From Antechinus flavipes (Eukaryota), in NCBI RefSeq assembly GCF_016432865.1, contig NC_067402.1, positions 71,734,001 to 71,798,000 of the forward strand: a stretch of DNA of 64,000 nucleotides. The letters are read 5' to 3'. The position numbers were made by a program, and so were the translations under genes. Shown here in pieces: positions 12,031 to 22,770 of the stretch (its first letter is position 1; every line of letters begins with the position of its first letter). Under the pieces are notes generated by a model. The model saw only the letters and a list, made by a program, of their open reading frames with translations, did no database searches and was not told where the DNA came from.

Positions 12031-12542
12031 AATATAATAGCTTCTTATTTACAAGATAGGTCAATGGGTAATTTTTTAGCATTGACCCTTGCAAAACCTA
12101 TTCCAACTTTTCTTCTCCTTCCCCTCCCCCCCTCCCCTAGATGGCAGGTAGACCAATACATGTTAAATATGTTAAAGTATATGTTAAAACCATTATATGT
12201 ATACATATCCATACAGTTATTTTGTTGCACAAGAAAAATCAGACTTAGAAATAGGTAAAAATAACCTGAGAAGGAAATCAAAAATGCAAGTGGACAAAAA
12301 CAGAAGGTGTAGAAATGCTATGAAATGGTTCATACTCAATTCCCACAGTGCTTTCGCTGGGTGTAGCTGGTTCTCTTCATTATTGAACAAATGGAACTGA
12401 TTTGGTTCATCTCATTGTTTAAGACAGCCACGTCCATCAGAATTGGTCTTCATATAGTATTGTTGTTGAGGTGTGTAATGATCTCCTGGTCCTGCTTATT
12501 TCGCTCAGCATCAGTTCATGTAAGTCTCTCCAAGGCCTCTGC
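12031..12542 (-). mobile_element. Young marsupial L1 3' UTR fragment
   Basis: cccctagatggcaggtagaccaatacatgttaaatatg...cctgcttatttcgctcagcatcagttcatgtaagtc. Confidence 0.9.
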
Positions 12543-12591
12543 TAATTCAAAACTATCGTCTCTCCAAGGCCTCTGCTAATTCAAAACTATC
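12524..12591. repeat. Perfect 34-bp tandem duplication at L1 5' junction
   Basis: gtctctccaaggcctctgctaattcaaaactatc x2 (12524-12557, 12558-12591). Confidence 0.97.
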
Positions 12592-12689
12592 TCTGTAAAA
12601 GTTTAGAGGTGGAGCATGAAAGGCCCTGTATGAGGAAAAACTAACAAGGTTGTTCGGCATTCTAAAATACCCAGGTCAAAACTGCCCCC

Positions 12690-12870
12690 TTTCATACTAA
12701 TATTTTATATTTGTTACAACTCCCTATTAGAATGCAAGAATCTGGAGGGCAGAGGCTGTCTTGCTGTTATATTTGTAGGCCTAGTATTCAATACAATGTC
12801 TGACACATAGTAAATGTTTAATAAATGTTTTATCATCCATTTATTTATTCATTTGCTTATTCATTCATTC
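12690..12870 (+). mobile_element. L2 3' end
   Basis: attagaatgcaag...gagggcagaggctgtc...tgacacatagtaaatgtttaataaatg...cattcattca. Confidence 0.7.
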
Positions 12871-13734
12871 AAAATAGTAGATGCTACTGTAGATGATGAC
12901 ATAATTTCCAGAATTAGATCTCTTCCATCTTTGAATTTCTAGGGGTTCTGTGAGTCAAGTATAATTTAAGCACCCTAAAAATGAAGTTTTAAATAACCCT
13001 TCCCCACAAATTTAGTTTTGCCCAGAGATCAGAGATTGATAACTGTAGTTAGCTGACCTGAATCCTGTAGCAGCTCACTATTCAACTTTCAAGTGATACA
13101 CATTTAAAAAAGTCAATGAATGGTAATAAATCAACTCATGTCATTCTCCTTTTTCTACTGAGAGATGGCAGGATGTGACTTAAAGATGTGGGGAGGAAAT
13201 CTAATGAATAATATTGTTCAAACATTCTAGGGTTTTTTTGGTGGGGAGTGTTGTTTTTAAATTAGAAAACATGCACAAGTTGCTTCATCCCTTAACTTCC
13301 ATCAATTGTACATGTTTTGCAGTAAATTTCCAGGACATTCAGAAAGGAAATTGGAGCTGAACAATAACAGGGCAAAGAATTTCTCTCTCTGAATAGACAC
13401 ACTAAAGAGGTAGCCACTAAATATTCTCTCATATCTTCAATAAATCTGAGGGACCAAATTGCTTTGTCCCCTCAGTACCTTTTGTGTCCTTTATAAGTCT
13501 CCAAGTAAGATATCTTTACAAGTATATCCCATTGCTCATACAAATAGTGGGTACTGGCAAGAATTATAAGCATTGTTTTGTTTTATTCTCATACAGTAAA
13601 CTTATGACATTCTTTACAACAGCATCATACAGTCCTCTCTGTTTAATAAGAGATGGGAAATGTCTTCAAAATAATAAGTTTTCTTTCCATAACAAAACTA
13701 AGTGAGAAAAGTAGATAGTTCCAACAAGCTACAG

Positions 13735-14150
13735 AATGTGTGATGGTCATACCCAGGAAAAATCATCTCTGCAGGTGGGATAAATGATGTTAAGGCTAAC
13801 CAACAGGCCTCGAATCTTTTTCTTGAGTTTGGGCAATATCTACTTCAAGCATGTGAAGAATTGGAGAACAGTTTGTTTCAATGACCATAAAGAGAGCTGA
13901 TGAAGGCATTGAGGAGTACTAGGGCTTGGACAGACATTGAAGACTATAATCCTGAGCAGTTTACATTCTTCCTGACTTCTATCTTTCATTGGACTGAATG
14001 ACTCTGGTAAAGTGAGACTAAAGACTTGTGCAGAGACTAAAGACTCTGTCTCACTTGATCCAATTCATACATAAGTCAAAACATCACCCTGTGATGCTCT
14101 TGATACCTTTAGAAAATAAATCCCTTTAGACAAAGAATAACAAGAATTAT
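13735..14150 (+). mobile_element. Marsupial RTE-related SINE (WALLSI/RTESINE-type)
   Basis: ttcattggactgaatgactctgg...ctctgtctcacttgatccaattca...aagtcaaaacatcaccctgtgatg; family name from memory. Confidence 0.5.
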
Positions 14151-14552
14151 ATGGACCAAATAATTTGTTCCTTCATTCTATCATTATGCTTTCAATTCTC
14201 ACTTCATTTTTAGAGAATATTTTCTTTAATTTTTGTAAAGGTATTAAAGTTCTCTTTTCTCACCTGGATGTACTTCTTTGGGGCTTCTCTGACCACCACC
14301 TCCCCCTCCCCGCCTCCAACATGGCTTTAGGAACTCATTATTGGGATGATCTTATTATCTGGTAAGATTCTATCACCCTTGGTAATCCCTCTCTATGCCT
14401 TTCTAATTGGAAGGTGGTTCCATGAATTAGAAAGATCTATTTAAGGAGAGAGCCCAGTACAGACATCCCAATTCTCACCTAATTTCATTACTTTTGGACT
14501 TTGACTTTTCCACTATGACACAACCTTTCGACTCGCCATTACTCTCTCCCTC

Positions 14553-14553
<1 letters not shown>

Positions 14554-14585
<32 letters not shown>
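14554..14585. repeat. (CA)n microsatellite
   Basis: direct. Confidence 0.98.
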
Positions 14586-14588
<3 letters not shown>

Positions 14589-14772
14589 GTCATTAATAGA
14601 TTTGGTCTACATGGCCACTCTATCTCCAACCAAAAAAAAAAAAAAAGTTAAAGTTGAATAGAGTAGGAACACAGATAATTTTGTATACTCCATTAGAGAC
14701 TGTTCTCCATTAATTGCTGCTCTTCAATTCCAATTATTCACTGAGTTGCAAATCAAATTATCTTGTCCTAGG

Positions 14773-15470
14773 AAAAGATAATGACAAATATTAAAGGGGA
14801 TGTGGGAAAACTGGGACATTAATGTGTTGTTGGTGGAGTTATAAAATGATACAACCATTTTGGAATAGCAATCTGAAACTATGCTCAAACGGCTATAAAA
14901 CTGTCAATATCCTTTGACCCAACAGTACCATTATTGGGTCTGTATCCCAAGGAAATCATAAAAGAGGGAAAAGGACCTACATGTACAAAAAGGTTTATAG
15001 CGGCACTTTTTGTGGTGGCAAAGAATTTGAAAATAAGTAGATGCTGATCAATTACGGAATGGCAGAACAAGTTGTGGATTAGGGATTATTATTGTTCTAT
15101 AAAAAATGATGAACAAACTGGCATTAGAAAAATCTGGAAAGATTTACATGAACTGATGCTGAGAGAAACAAGAAGAACAGGGATACATTTTACACAATAA
15201 CAGCAAGAATGTGCAAAGATCAACTATGAAAGACTTAGTTCTTCTTAGCGGGTCAGTGATTCAAAGCAATCCCAATAGACTGGACAGAAAATGCCATCTG
15301 TATCCAGAAAAAGAAATAAGGAGACTGAATGTAAATCAACACATGCTAAGTTCTCCTCTTTTTTCTGTTTTTTTTTTTAAATCACTCCCATGATTTTTCC
15401 CTTTTGCTTCAATTTTTCTTTCCCACCATGATTCATAAAGCAATAGGTATTAAAAATAAATAAATTTACT
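14773..15470 (+). mobile_element. 5'-truncated marsupial L1 (ORF2 end + 3' UTR)
   Basis: ggaaaagataatgac...gggtctgtatcccaagg...ttacatgaactgatgctgag...aataaataaa. Confidence 0.9.
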
Positions 15471-15840
15471 AGGAGAAAAATATGCTGTCCTTTAGTTGCC
15501 ATTTCCCAATATTGTTCATGAAGTTATTGTGTGAGACAGTAAATTGCTAGCAGAAACCAGGTATCTTATAATAGACTTAATTATTTCTTTCTTTTTTCTA
15601 AATGCAAAGATAAGCAGGAAAGAGAATTTCAGTTTTCATAAGACACTGCTATTCTCCCAGGTTCAAAACCATAAACATTTATCTTACTCTCTTTTATTCT
15701 CTAAATTCAATTTTCATTAAGACCATATATTCCTTGTTGAAAGTATCTAGGATTTTCTATTTCTTTCATATCAGTACCAAATTAGCCTAGTTTCTCTTTA
15801 TCATATAGGATTACAGGTATGTTCCATCCCTTCTGGTTCC

Positions 15841-16034
15841 TTACTTTCTTTTGCCTAGACTATGAGGGTAGCCTTCTAATTGTTTCTACTTCCAGCCTTT
15901 TTTTTTAATCTCCCATTCATCCTTTACATTGATGCCCTTTCCCCACTCAACAAACAAGTTAACAAAAGCAAAACAAAACCTTCTGAATCTACCAGTTAAG
16001 CCATGTCACTTTGCTGCTCAAAAGCACTCCAGCT
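15841..16034 (+). repeat. L2-derived segment, copy 1 of a diverged local duplication
   Basis: colinear with 16667-16871. Confidence 0.7.
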
Positions 16035-16448
16035 TTTTACCTTATGTGTCTTTGTGATTATAAGGATTGCAAATATGCACATGTTGATATATACATAATA
16101 GATCAATATACACATATTGATTAGAAAATTTGCATACATGGACAAATTAGCATAATAATATGCAGCTATATTAATTATTAGACTTCCATGTATATTTGAT
16201 ATATATGTACTTCTAATCATTAATGTATAATATAACATAATGTAAATAATATTGAATATATGTGTAATATAATATATTGCATATGTATGCAATTCTCCTC
16301 ATCAATAATGTTTACATATTTGTAGTGATCCTTGATCTTTCCTTCTTTGTATTCTATATCCAATCATTTTTCTATTCTCTTAGAAGCATCTGCTTCTCTA
16401 ACTCATCATTTTTATCTTGCTTTAAGTTGTCAGTAACTTTTCACTCTG

Positions 16449-16648
16449 TTTTTGAGACTGTCTCTCCCTTTCTAACCCAGGCTGGAAGTCCCTTAGGCCA
16501 CCTGATGTCTTCTACTCTGGGAATCTAAGCATCTTAGTGCTGGAACTCTTACAGATGTCATTAAACTTTAGCTGTATAGCAGCCCAGAATTCTTCACCAG
16601 CCTTTGCCTCCTCTGGTTTCAGAGATTACAAATATCTGCTACCCCTTC
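16449..16648 (-). mobile_element. 7SL-RNA-derived retroposon (P7SL_MD-like)
   Basis: T-run then gagac...cccaggctgga, cttaggccacctg, agcccagaattc, gattaca, in the order of antisense 7SL. Confidence 0.7.
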
Positions 16649-16666
16649 CATTTTTATTTATTTATT

Positions 16667-16871
16667 TTACTATCTTTTGCCTAAACTATTAGAGTAGCCT
16701 ACTAATTGGTCATTCTACAGCTAGGTTTTTTTTTTTTTTGATGTATTTCCCACTGATACTTCACACTGTTGTCCCTTTCCATCCCAACAAACAAGCTGAT
16801 AAAAGCAAGACAAAACCTTCCTACTCTAACAGTCAGACCACATCATTCTCCTCCTCAAAAGCACTCCAGCT
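16667..16871 (+). repeat. L2-derived segment, copy 2 of a diverged local duplication
   Basis: colinear with 15841-16034. Confidence 0.7.
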
Positions 16872-16999
16872 CTTGGATAAAACTGAAAGTTTTATCAGCT
16901 TGTATAAGGTTTTCCACAACTGACTCCAAACTACTTTTTAGAACTTTTTTGTACTGGTTTCATACAACTGCTTCATGTACTCTATGTCCAGCTGTGACT

Positions 17000-17215
17000 C
17001 GAACTCAGGGCAGTGGATAAAATGAGGGGCCTGCAGTCAATTTGGCCTTAGAAACTCATTAGTTAATGTGATATTGAGAAAGTTACTTAACTTCTGTCTG
17101 TCTCATTTTCCTCAACTATAAAGTGGGTACAATGATAACACCTACCTCATTGAGTAGTTATGAGACTCAAATGAGCTATTTATAAAGTACACTGTGTCTG
17201 GGTAGTTAATAGATA
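17000..17215 (+). mobile_element. MIR
   Basis: cagtggataaa...gttacttaacttc...cattttcctcaactataaagtggg...acctacctca. Confidence 0.7.
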
Positions 17216-17219
17216 ATTC

Positions 17220-17365
17220 TTCCCATCCCTTTCTTTATAAGGAAACTAAAATTGACATAAATTAAATGATTAGCCTAGGTCCAACAGTTGGTAAATGTTT
17301 AAAGTAAGATTTGATTTCAGATTTCTCCTGAATCAAATTTCTTCTACTCAATCCACTATGCCATT
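17220..17365 (-). mobile_element. MIR
   Basis: ttataaggaaactaaa...taaatgattagcctaggtcc...atttgatttcaga. Confidence 0.5.
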
Positions 17366-18309
17366 GCTCAATTTAGGTACTAACTCCTGCATTTTGTTCA
17401 CAGCTTCTGTTTCTATTGGTTCTAATAATTGCTTTTAATTTCTATATTTTCAAAACCATTTTTCTTATGAGTATCTTTGGATATGTAATCTCAATTTTTA
17501 AAATCGAAAACAACCTCAATGCCTTTTTCTTCTGAACACTTCTCTTTCACCAATGACTTTTACAAAATGATAAAAAATACACAATTTCAATGGAATGTTA
17601 AAATGGTATTATAAAATTTGTTTTGTTCAGAGTTTTAAAATTATTTTTATCTTTAAATGTTAAAATGATGATCAATTAATCTATCCTGTTCCTAATTTTA
17701 GAAGACTAGCTTTTCCTGTGTATCATTTTCAATGACATTAGAGCAAGTAATCAGTGTTAGGGATTTGGGGAGTGATGGCAATTAGTTGAATAATGAAGGC
17801 TAAAAGACAGCTGATGTGACTGACTTTGGAGGTAAAAGTGAATCATTAGGATAATTACCTCAAAATTTCTCTCCAACTTTGCTTTCTTGTTCTAACTGCA
17901 AGAAAGCTAATTTCTAAACATAATTTTACACGTATAATTTTAATTAAAGAAGCCTTTTGGCACCAAATACACAGATTTGCAAAAGAAAGAAATCATATTA
18001 TTGGAATAGCTTTTCTTAGCTACTGGATAAATCAAATTATTTCCATCTTTTATAGTTTATTATTCAGAGTAACCACAATTCTGTTTACAATATCCTCATT
18101 GGAATGCCATGTTCTTCAGGCTGAACTCAGAGACTATTGCCTTGGCAGCCAGCCCTTTTTACAATCTAATGCACCAGCAAGATAAGAATAAGCAACTTAA
18201 ATATTTACATGAAACTTTTCCGCTAATTAGTTACCATTCACAAAGACAGACTAACAGAAGTTTGAGTAGCCACTGTAATATGCACTCTGGTATGTCATGA
18301 AATAAATAA

Positions 18310-18600
18310 AATCACAGAATCTTAGAGCTAGAAGGGACCTTAGGTCACCTAGTCCAACCTTTTCCTAATCAGGAATCTCCCAGGGAGCATCTCAGCTCTA
18401 AGTCATCTGCCCTTCCCCTTGAAGGCCTGCAGTGAATAGTAACATACTAAGTCATCCCATTCCTCTTTGGGACATTTAGAAAGTTTTTCCTTATAATTGA
18501 CTAAAATCTGATTCTCTACATTACAACAAACAGCCAATGTACTTACTCTGCTTCTAGGACCAAGCCATGAGTCAGTTTTTTTCTTCTATATGAGACCCCT
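18310..18600 (-). mobile_element. CR1/L3 3' fragment
   Basis: cacagaatcttagagctagaagggacctta...ctagtccaacc...tagaaagtttttccttata. Confidence 0.55.
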
Positions 18601-18792
18601 TCTTATTAAGTCAAGTATTTTACATAAAGAAGTTTAGAAAGTATGTTTCAGAGACCTACCTTGAGCTCAGTTGCCCTTAATGGAGTCATTAAAATATATA
18701 AAGATCAATTCACTTCAATAAATATTAAGCACTTACTTTATACCAGACATTGTGCTAAAATTACCTCACATTTATCCTCCCCACATCCTTTT

Positions 18793-18969
18793 NNNNNNNN
18801 NNNNNNNNNNNNNNNNNNNNNNNNNNNNNNNNNNNNNNNNNNNNNNNNNNNNNNNNNNNNNNNNNNNNNNNNNNNNNNNNNNNNNNNNNNNNNNNNNNNN
18901 NNNNNNNNNNNNNNNNNNNNNNNNNNNNNNNNNNNNNNNNNNNNNNNNNNNNNNNNNNNNNNNNNNNNN
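18793..18969. other. Assembly gap (177 N)
   Basis: N run next to CT-rich simple repeat. Confidence 1.
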
Positions 18970-19029
18970 CCCTCTCTCTTTCTCCCTTCCTTCTTTCTTT
19001 TCTTTCTTTCTTTCTTTCTTTTTTTTTTT

Positions 19030-19235
19030 TTAACAGCACTGCCGTGAGCTAATGCATTGAAATTATTCTCTTCCCTTTTTTAACATAAGGAAATTGGGAT
19101 TCAAATCAGTGATTTCCCCAGGATGCTACAACTAGTAAGTGTTGGGATCAGCATACAAACCCAAGTTTCTCCTGAGTACATGCCCAGCACTCTTTCCAGG
19201 ATTCTATACCATCACTCACTGACCACAGCATACTC
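19030..19235 (-). mobile_element. MIR
   Basis: ataaggaaattggg...gtgatttccccaggatgctacaactagtaagt...aaacccaagtttctcctgag. Confidence 0.6.
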
Positions 19236-20184
19236 AGTTCCTTTCCTGTGATTCAAACATCATCCTGAAGCCTCAGGCTTCCTGAATTTCCTGTGAAAAT
19301 CTCAAATTCTCTTGGCAATGACTTTCAAATAAAACACATTTCCCTAACAAGGACATTAGCTGGAATATATACAGTCAGCATTTCCTAGGATGATCTATCT
19401 CTGTTCTGGTATTTCAGAAATTCCAAATAATGAACCAGATTCTTTGCATTCATTTTTCAGATAATATATTATCTGAATATTGAATAATTCAGTTTGAATA
19501 AAATGGGTTTCCTCTCAGTTTAAATATTTAAAGAACAAGAATTGGGACATACTTAATGATGCCTAGAAACTAAATTAAAATGAGTAATTTCAAACATGTG
19601 GATCATAACAATTCAACAACATCAGAATGATCCCACTTATATTACATAAGACCTGGAATTAAAACTTCAGTAATTGTCTTTGCTGAAGTTCTCATAGGTC
19701 CTATTGCTATCAAACTTGCATAGCCTATTGAATACTGTATCCAATTCCCAGAAGAAATAAGTGCCTTTTTTCTGTACTAAAGCCCAACTAGAGTTGACTT
19801 CATTTTGTTACTCTAAGAATGTAGCTCATTAGAAGGCAGCAATGTTTCAACTAAAGTTTTTCTTCTCTTTCTCTGAAAAAAAGGCCTTTGAGGAAGAAAG
19901 TTTTACTCCCAAGCTTTCCTAGGTCTTTTATGTCTTTTCAAGATGCAGCCTCACATACTCAAGTGGCAATCTAACCATTTTTCTTTGATGGCTACTTCAT
20001 GGCCGCTATTGGGTCTAAACTAGAAATAAACAATTTGTTATGACAAACTGCAGAAAAATGGATTTGTCAAATACTTCAACAAATAGTGTTCAGACTATCT
20101 ACAGAAGCCACTTCTCTGAGTAGAAAACTATTTAGGACTATTGAATATAGAGAATTCATGATGGTATTTTACATCTCATAGCAT

Positions 20185-20630
20185 ACCAGGAAGAGCAAAA
20201 CATTTAGAATCAGAAAATAGAGCTTTGAGTCAGAGTGATTATATTACGTATGTGTGACTTTTGTTAAGTCATTTTGCTTCCTTGGATTTCAGTTTTCCTA
20301 TTTGTAAAGTGTAAGAATTGAATTTAGGTGAAATCCGAAATCTATTCCAGTTCTAAAAATCTGTGATATTATTTTGAGACTCATTGATCTCATCTATTTA
20401 TATTTTAATAATAATGCTAATAACTTATCCCAAATGGTTTAATGTCTATTTTACAAAAATTAATGTTAGCATATAGTATACTGAAAAGGATACAGAGTAA
20501 CTCTGTTCAGAACTACTATTTACTATCTCTGTGACTGGTTAATTCATAACCACTCTGGATTTCAGTTTCTTTATTTGTAAAAATTAGGGGGCTGAATTAA
20601 CAAGTTTTCAGATCCCATCCAACTGTGCAT
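20185..20630 (+). mobile_element. Two adjacent MIR/MIR3 copies (~20185-20370, ~20470-20630)
   Basis: ggatttcagttttcctatttgtaaa and ggatttcagtttctttatttgtaaaa cores. Confidence 0.6.
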
Positions 20631-21015
20631 GCATAATTTCTTAAGCCTGACTATTTTTGATGTTAACTCTCTCTATAACATGCCAGTAACTTTATTTTTC
20701 AGTTAATAAACATAGTTTTATTTGGTCAGTACAAAGATTAACCCACGAGGTGGATGTGTTCTTGGCTTTCTAACTTGAAAGAATAGATGAACAGAATCTC
20801 TTCAACATGGGAGCCAGAACCAAGGAGGAGGTAGATGTTCAAAGTACTGGCTACTAGTAAATATGGTTTCATTTAAATTTATTTTTTTTTGTTTGTAAGC
20901 ACATTAAGTTTCAACTAACTATTTATTCCAGAACATATAATATGAGGAAGCTGTAATTAAAGTACTCTAAATATAGAGCGAAGAAACTTGAATCCTGATT
21001 TAGATGTCTACTATT

Positions 21016-21016
<1 letters not shown>

Positions 21017-21058
<42 letters not shown>
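21017..21058. repeat. (GT)n microsatellite
   Basis: direct. Confidence 0.98.
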
Positions 21059-21061
<3 letters not shown>

Positions 21062-21354
21062 AGTATTTGAGTATGTGTGCAGGGGAAGTGGGGTGGGAAG
21101 TGAACATGAGAAGTCTCTTCCAGGATTTGATTGGGTGTCTTTTTTTTTTGTTCTACTGAGTTCCAGGGGGTAGAAATAGAAGAAATGGATAGAATTTGCA
21201 AAAAGAAAAAAAAATAGTTTTTGTGCAGAGAAAATATTCCTTACAAACTAAGGCTTTTCAAAATTGAAATGAACTATGTCTAGGTGCATGAATGCCCTCA
21301 TCTTTTCACTGGACAAAAATGTTAAATAGTATTTTGGTTATTTCTATGAATTAA

Positions 21355-21565
21355 ACTGGACAAGTTAGGTGGTTACAATAGATAGAGCATTAGACATAGA
21401 ATTTGGAAGACTGAATTCAATTTGAGGTTCAGACACTTACTAATTGTAGGCCTCTGAATAGGTTACTTGCTATGATGGTTTAAAGAAATAATATTTATAG
21501 TGCTTAGCATGATGTTTGACCCTTAGTAGATGCCATCTAAATGTAGTTATTACTATTATTTTTCA
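21355..21565 (+). mobile_element. MIR-type SINE head joined to MIR/L2 tail
   Basis: agttaggtggttacaatagatagagc...tgaattcaa...cagacacttacta...gtgcttagcatga. Confidence 0.6.
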
Positions 21566-22554
21566 GAAGTCCTTTTCAACTTTGATATTTTATTATCCTG
21601 TTTTCCATTTGTTTGTAATAAAAATGAGTAATTTAATAATTCTATTATTCTTTTCATGTAGTGATTAAATTTATAGAAACAATTTTAATACTTCATCAGT
21701 CATTTATTCAATACTTATTTAATATGCATCTATCATTCTGGCTACTTATTTTGATGGATAATTTCACTGGAAGTAGGAACAGGAAATTGTATCCAAGCCC
21801 CTTTTCCACCCTCTTAGATGGCATCCTATTTGTATCCAAATAAGAATTATTATGAAATGGACTATTGTATTTCTATCAAAATCTAAATATGTACTGACTG
21901 TGACTTAATGACCAATGGTCACTTTCTGCAACAGCATTATCTTATAGTAGATTATGTTACCCAAGTCAAGGTCTTTCACTTGGTCTCCTAACACTTTTGA
22001 TTATCACAAATAAAAAAGTAATATCTTGTAGTATGTCTAACTGTGAAGACTTAGGCCAGCAGACTAAGGTGATGTCGCAATGGTGTTTGTTATTTGTTCT
22101 TCAAATGCTAAGAATTTCCGTTTGCATAGGAAGTCATTTGAAAAATAATGCCTATAATAATTGACAGGAGAACTCTCTGGTTTCAGATCAGTCTCATTTT
22201 CAAGCAGAGTTAGCGAATTTAAGCGTCCCAATGACTTTTTACCATTTAATATGTATTTTAATGACATGTTCTTCCATTATGCATTAGTTAAATTTCCTAA
22301 TTAATGGAGAATCATACCATCTTAGAGTTGGAAGAACCATTAGAAACCATCTAATTCTGACCCCTTTGAAATCTGAATTTTATTAATAGCAGGCAAAAAT
22401 TTCTCTCTTCCCTTCCCACCTCTAATCCCCAATGAAAAACAAGTAATATGAAAATTTCTCAATATTTCTCAATAAAACATTTGGGAAAAGAGCATTTCCT
22501 TGTCATCAAAAGTAATAAGCAATTAATACACATGCTCAGACTTTCTTCTAGTCT

Positions 22555-22770
22555 CCATATCATCAAGTTATAGATTTAGCATTAAAAGGGAACTTGGAAA
22601 TCAAGAGCACCCCAGCTCCCATAGCTTTATAGATGCGTATAATGAGAAACAGAGTAGTTAAGAGATTTGGTTCAAGTTACACTGCTAGTAAGTATCAGAA
22701 ACAGGATTTTAATTTATCCTCTAGCCTTTGGGAAGTGTAGAACCTTTTTTATTATACTATACTGCCTCAA
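22555..22770 (-). mobile_element. MIR
   Basis: aaagggaacttggaaatca...ttttatagatg...gagaaacagag...agtaagtatcagaaacaggatttta. Confidence 0.6.
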
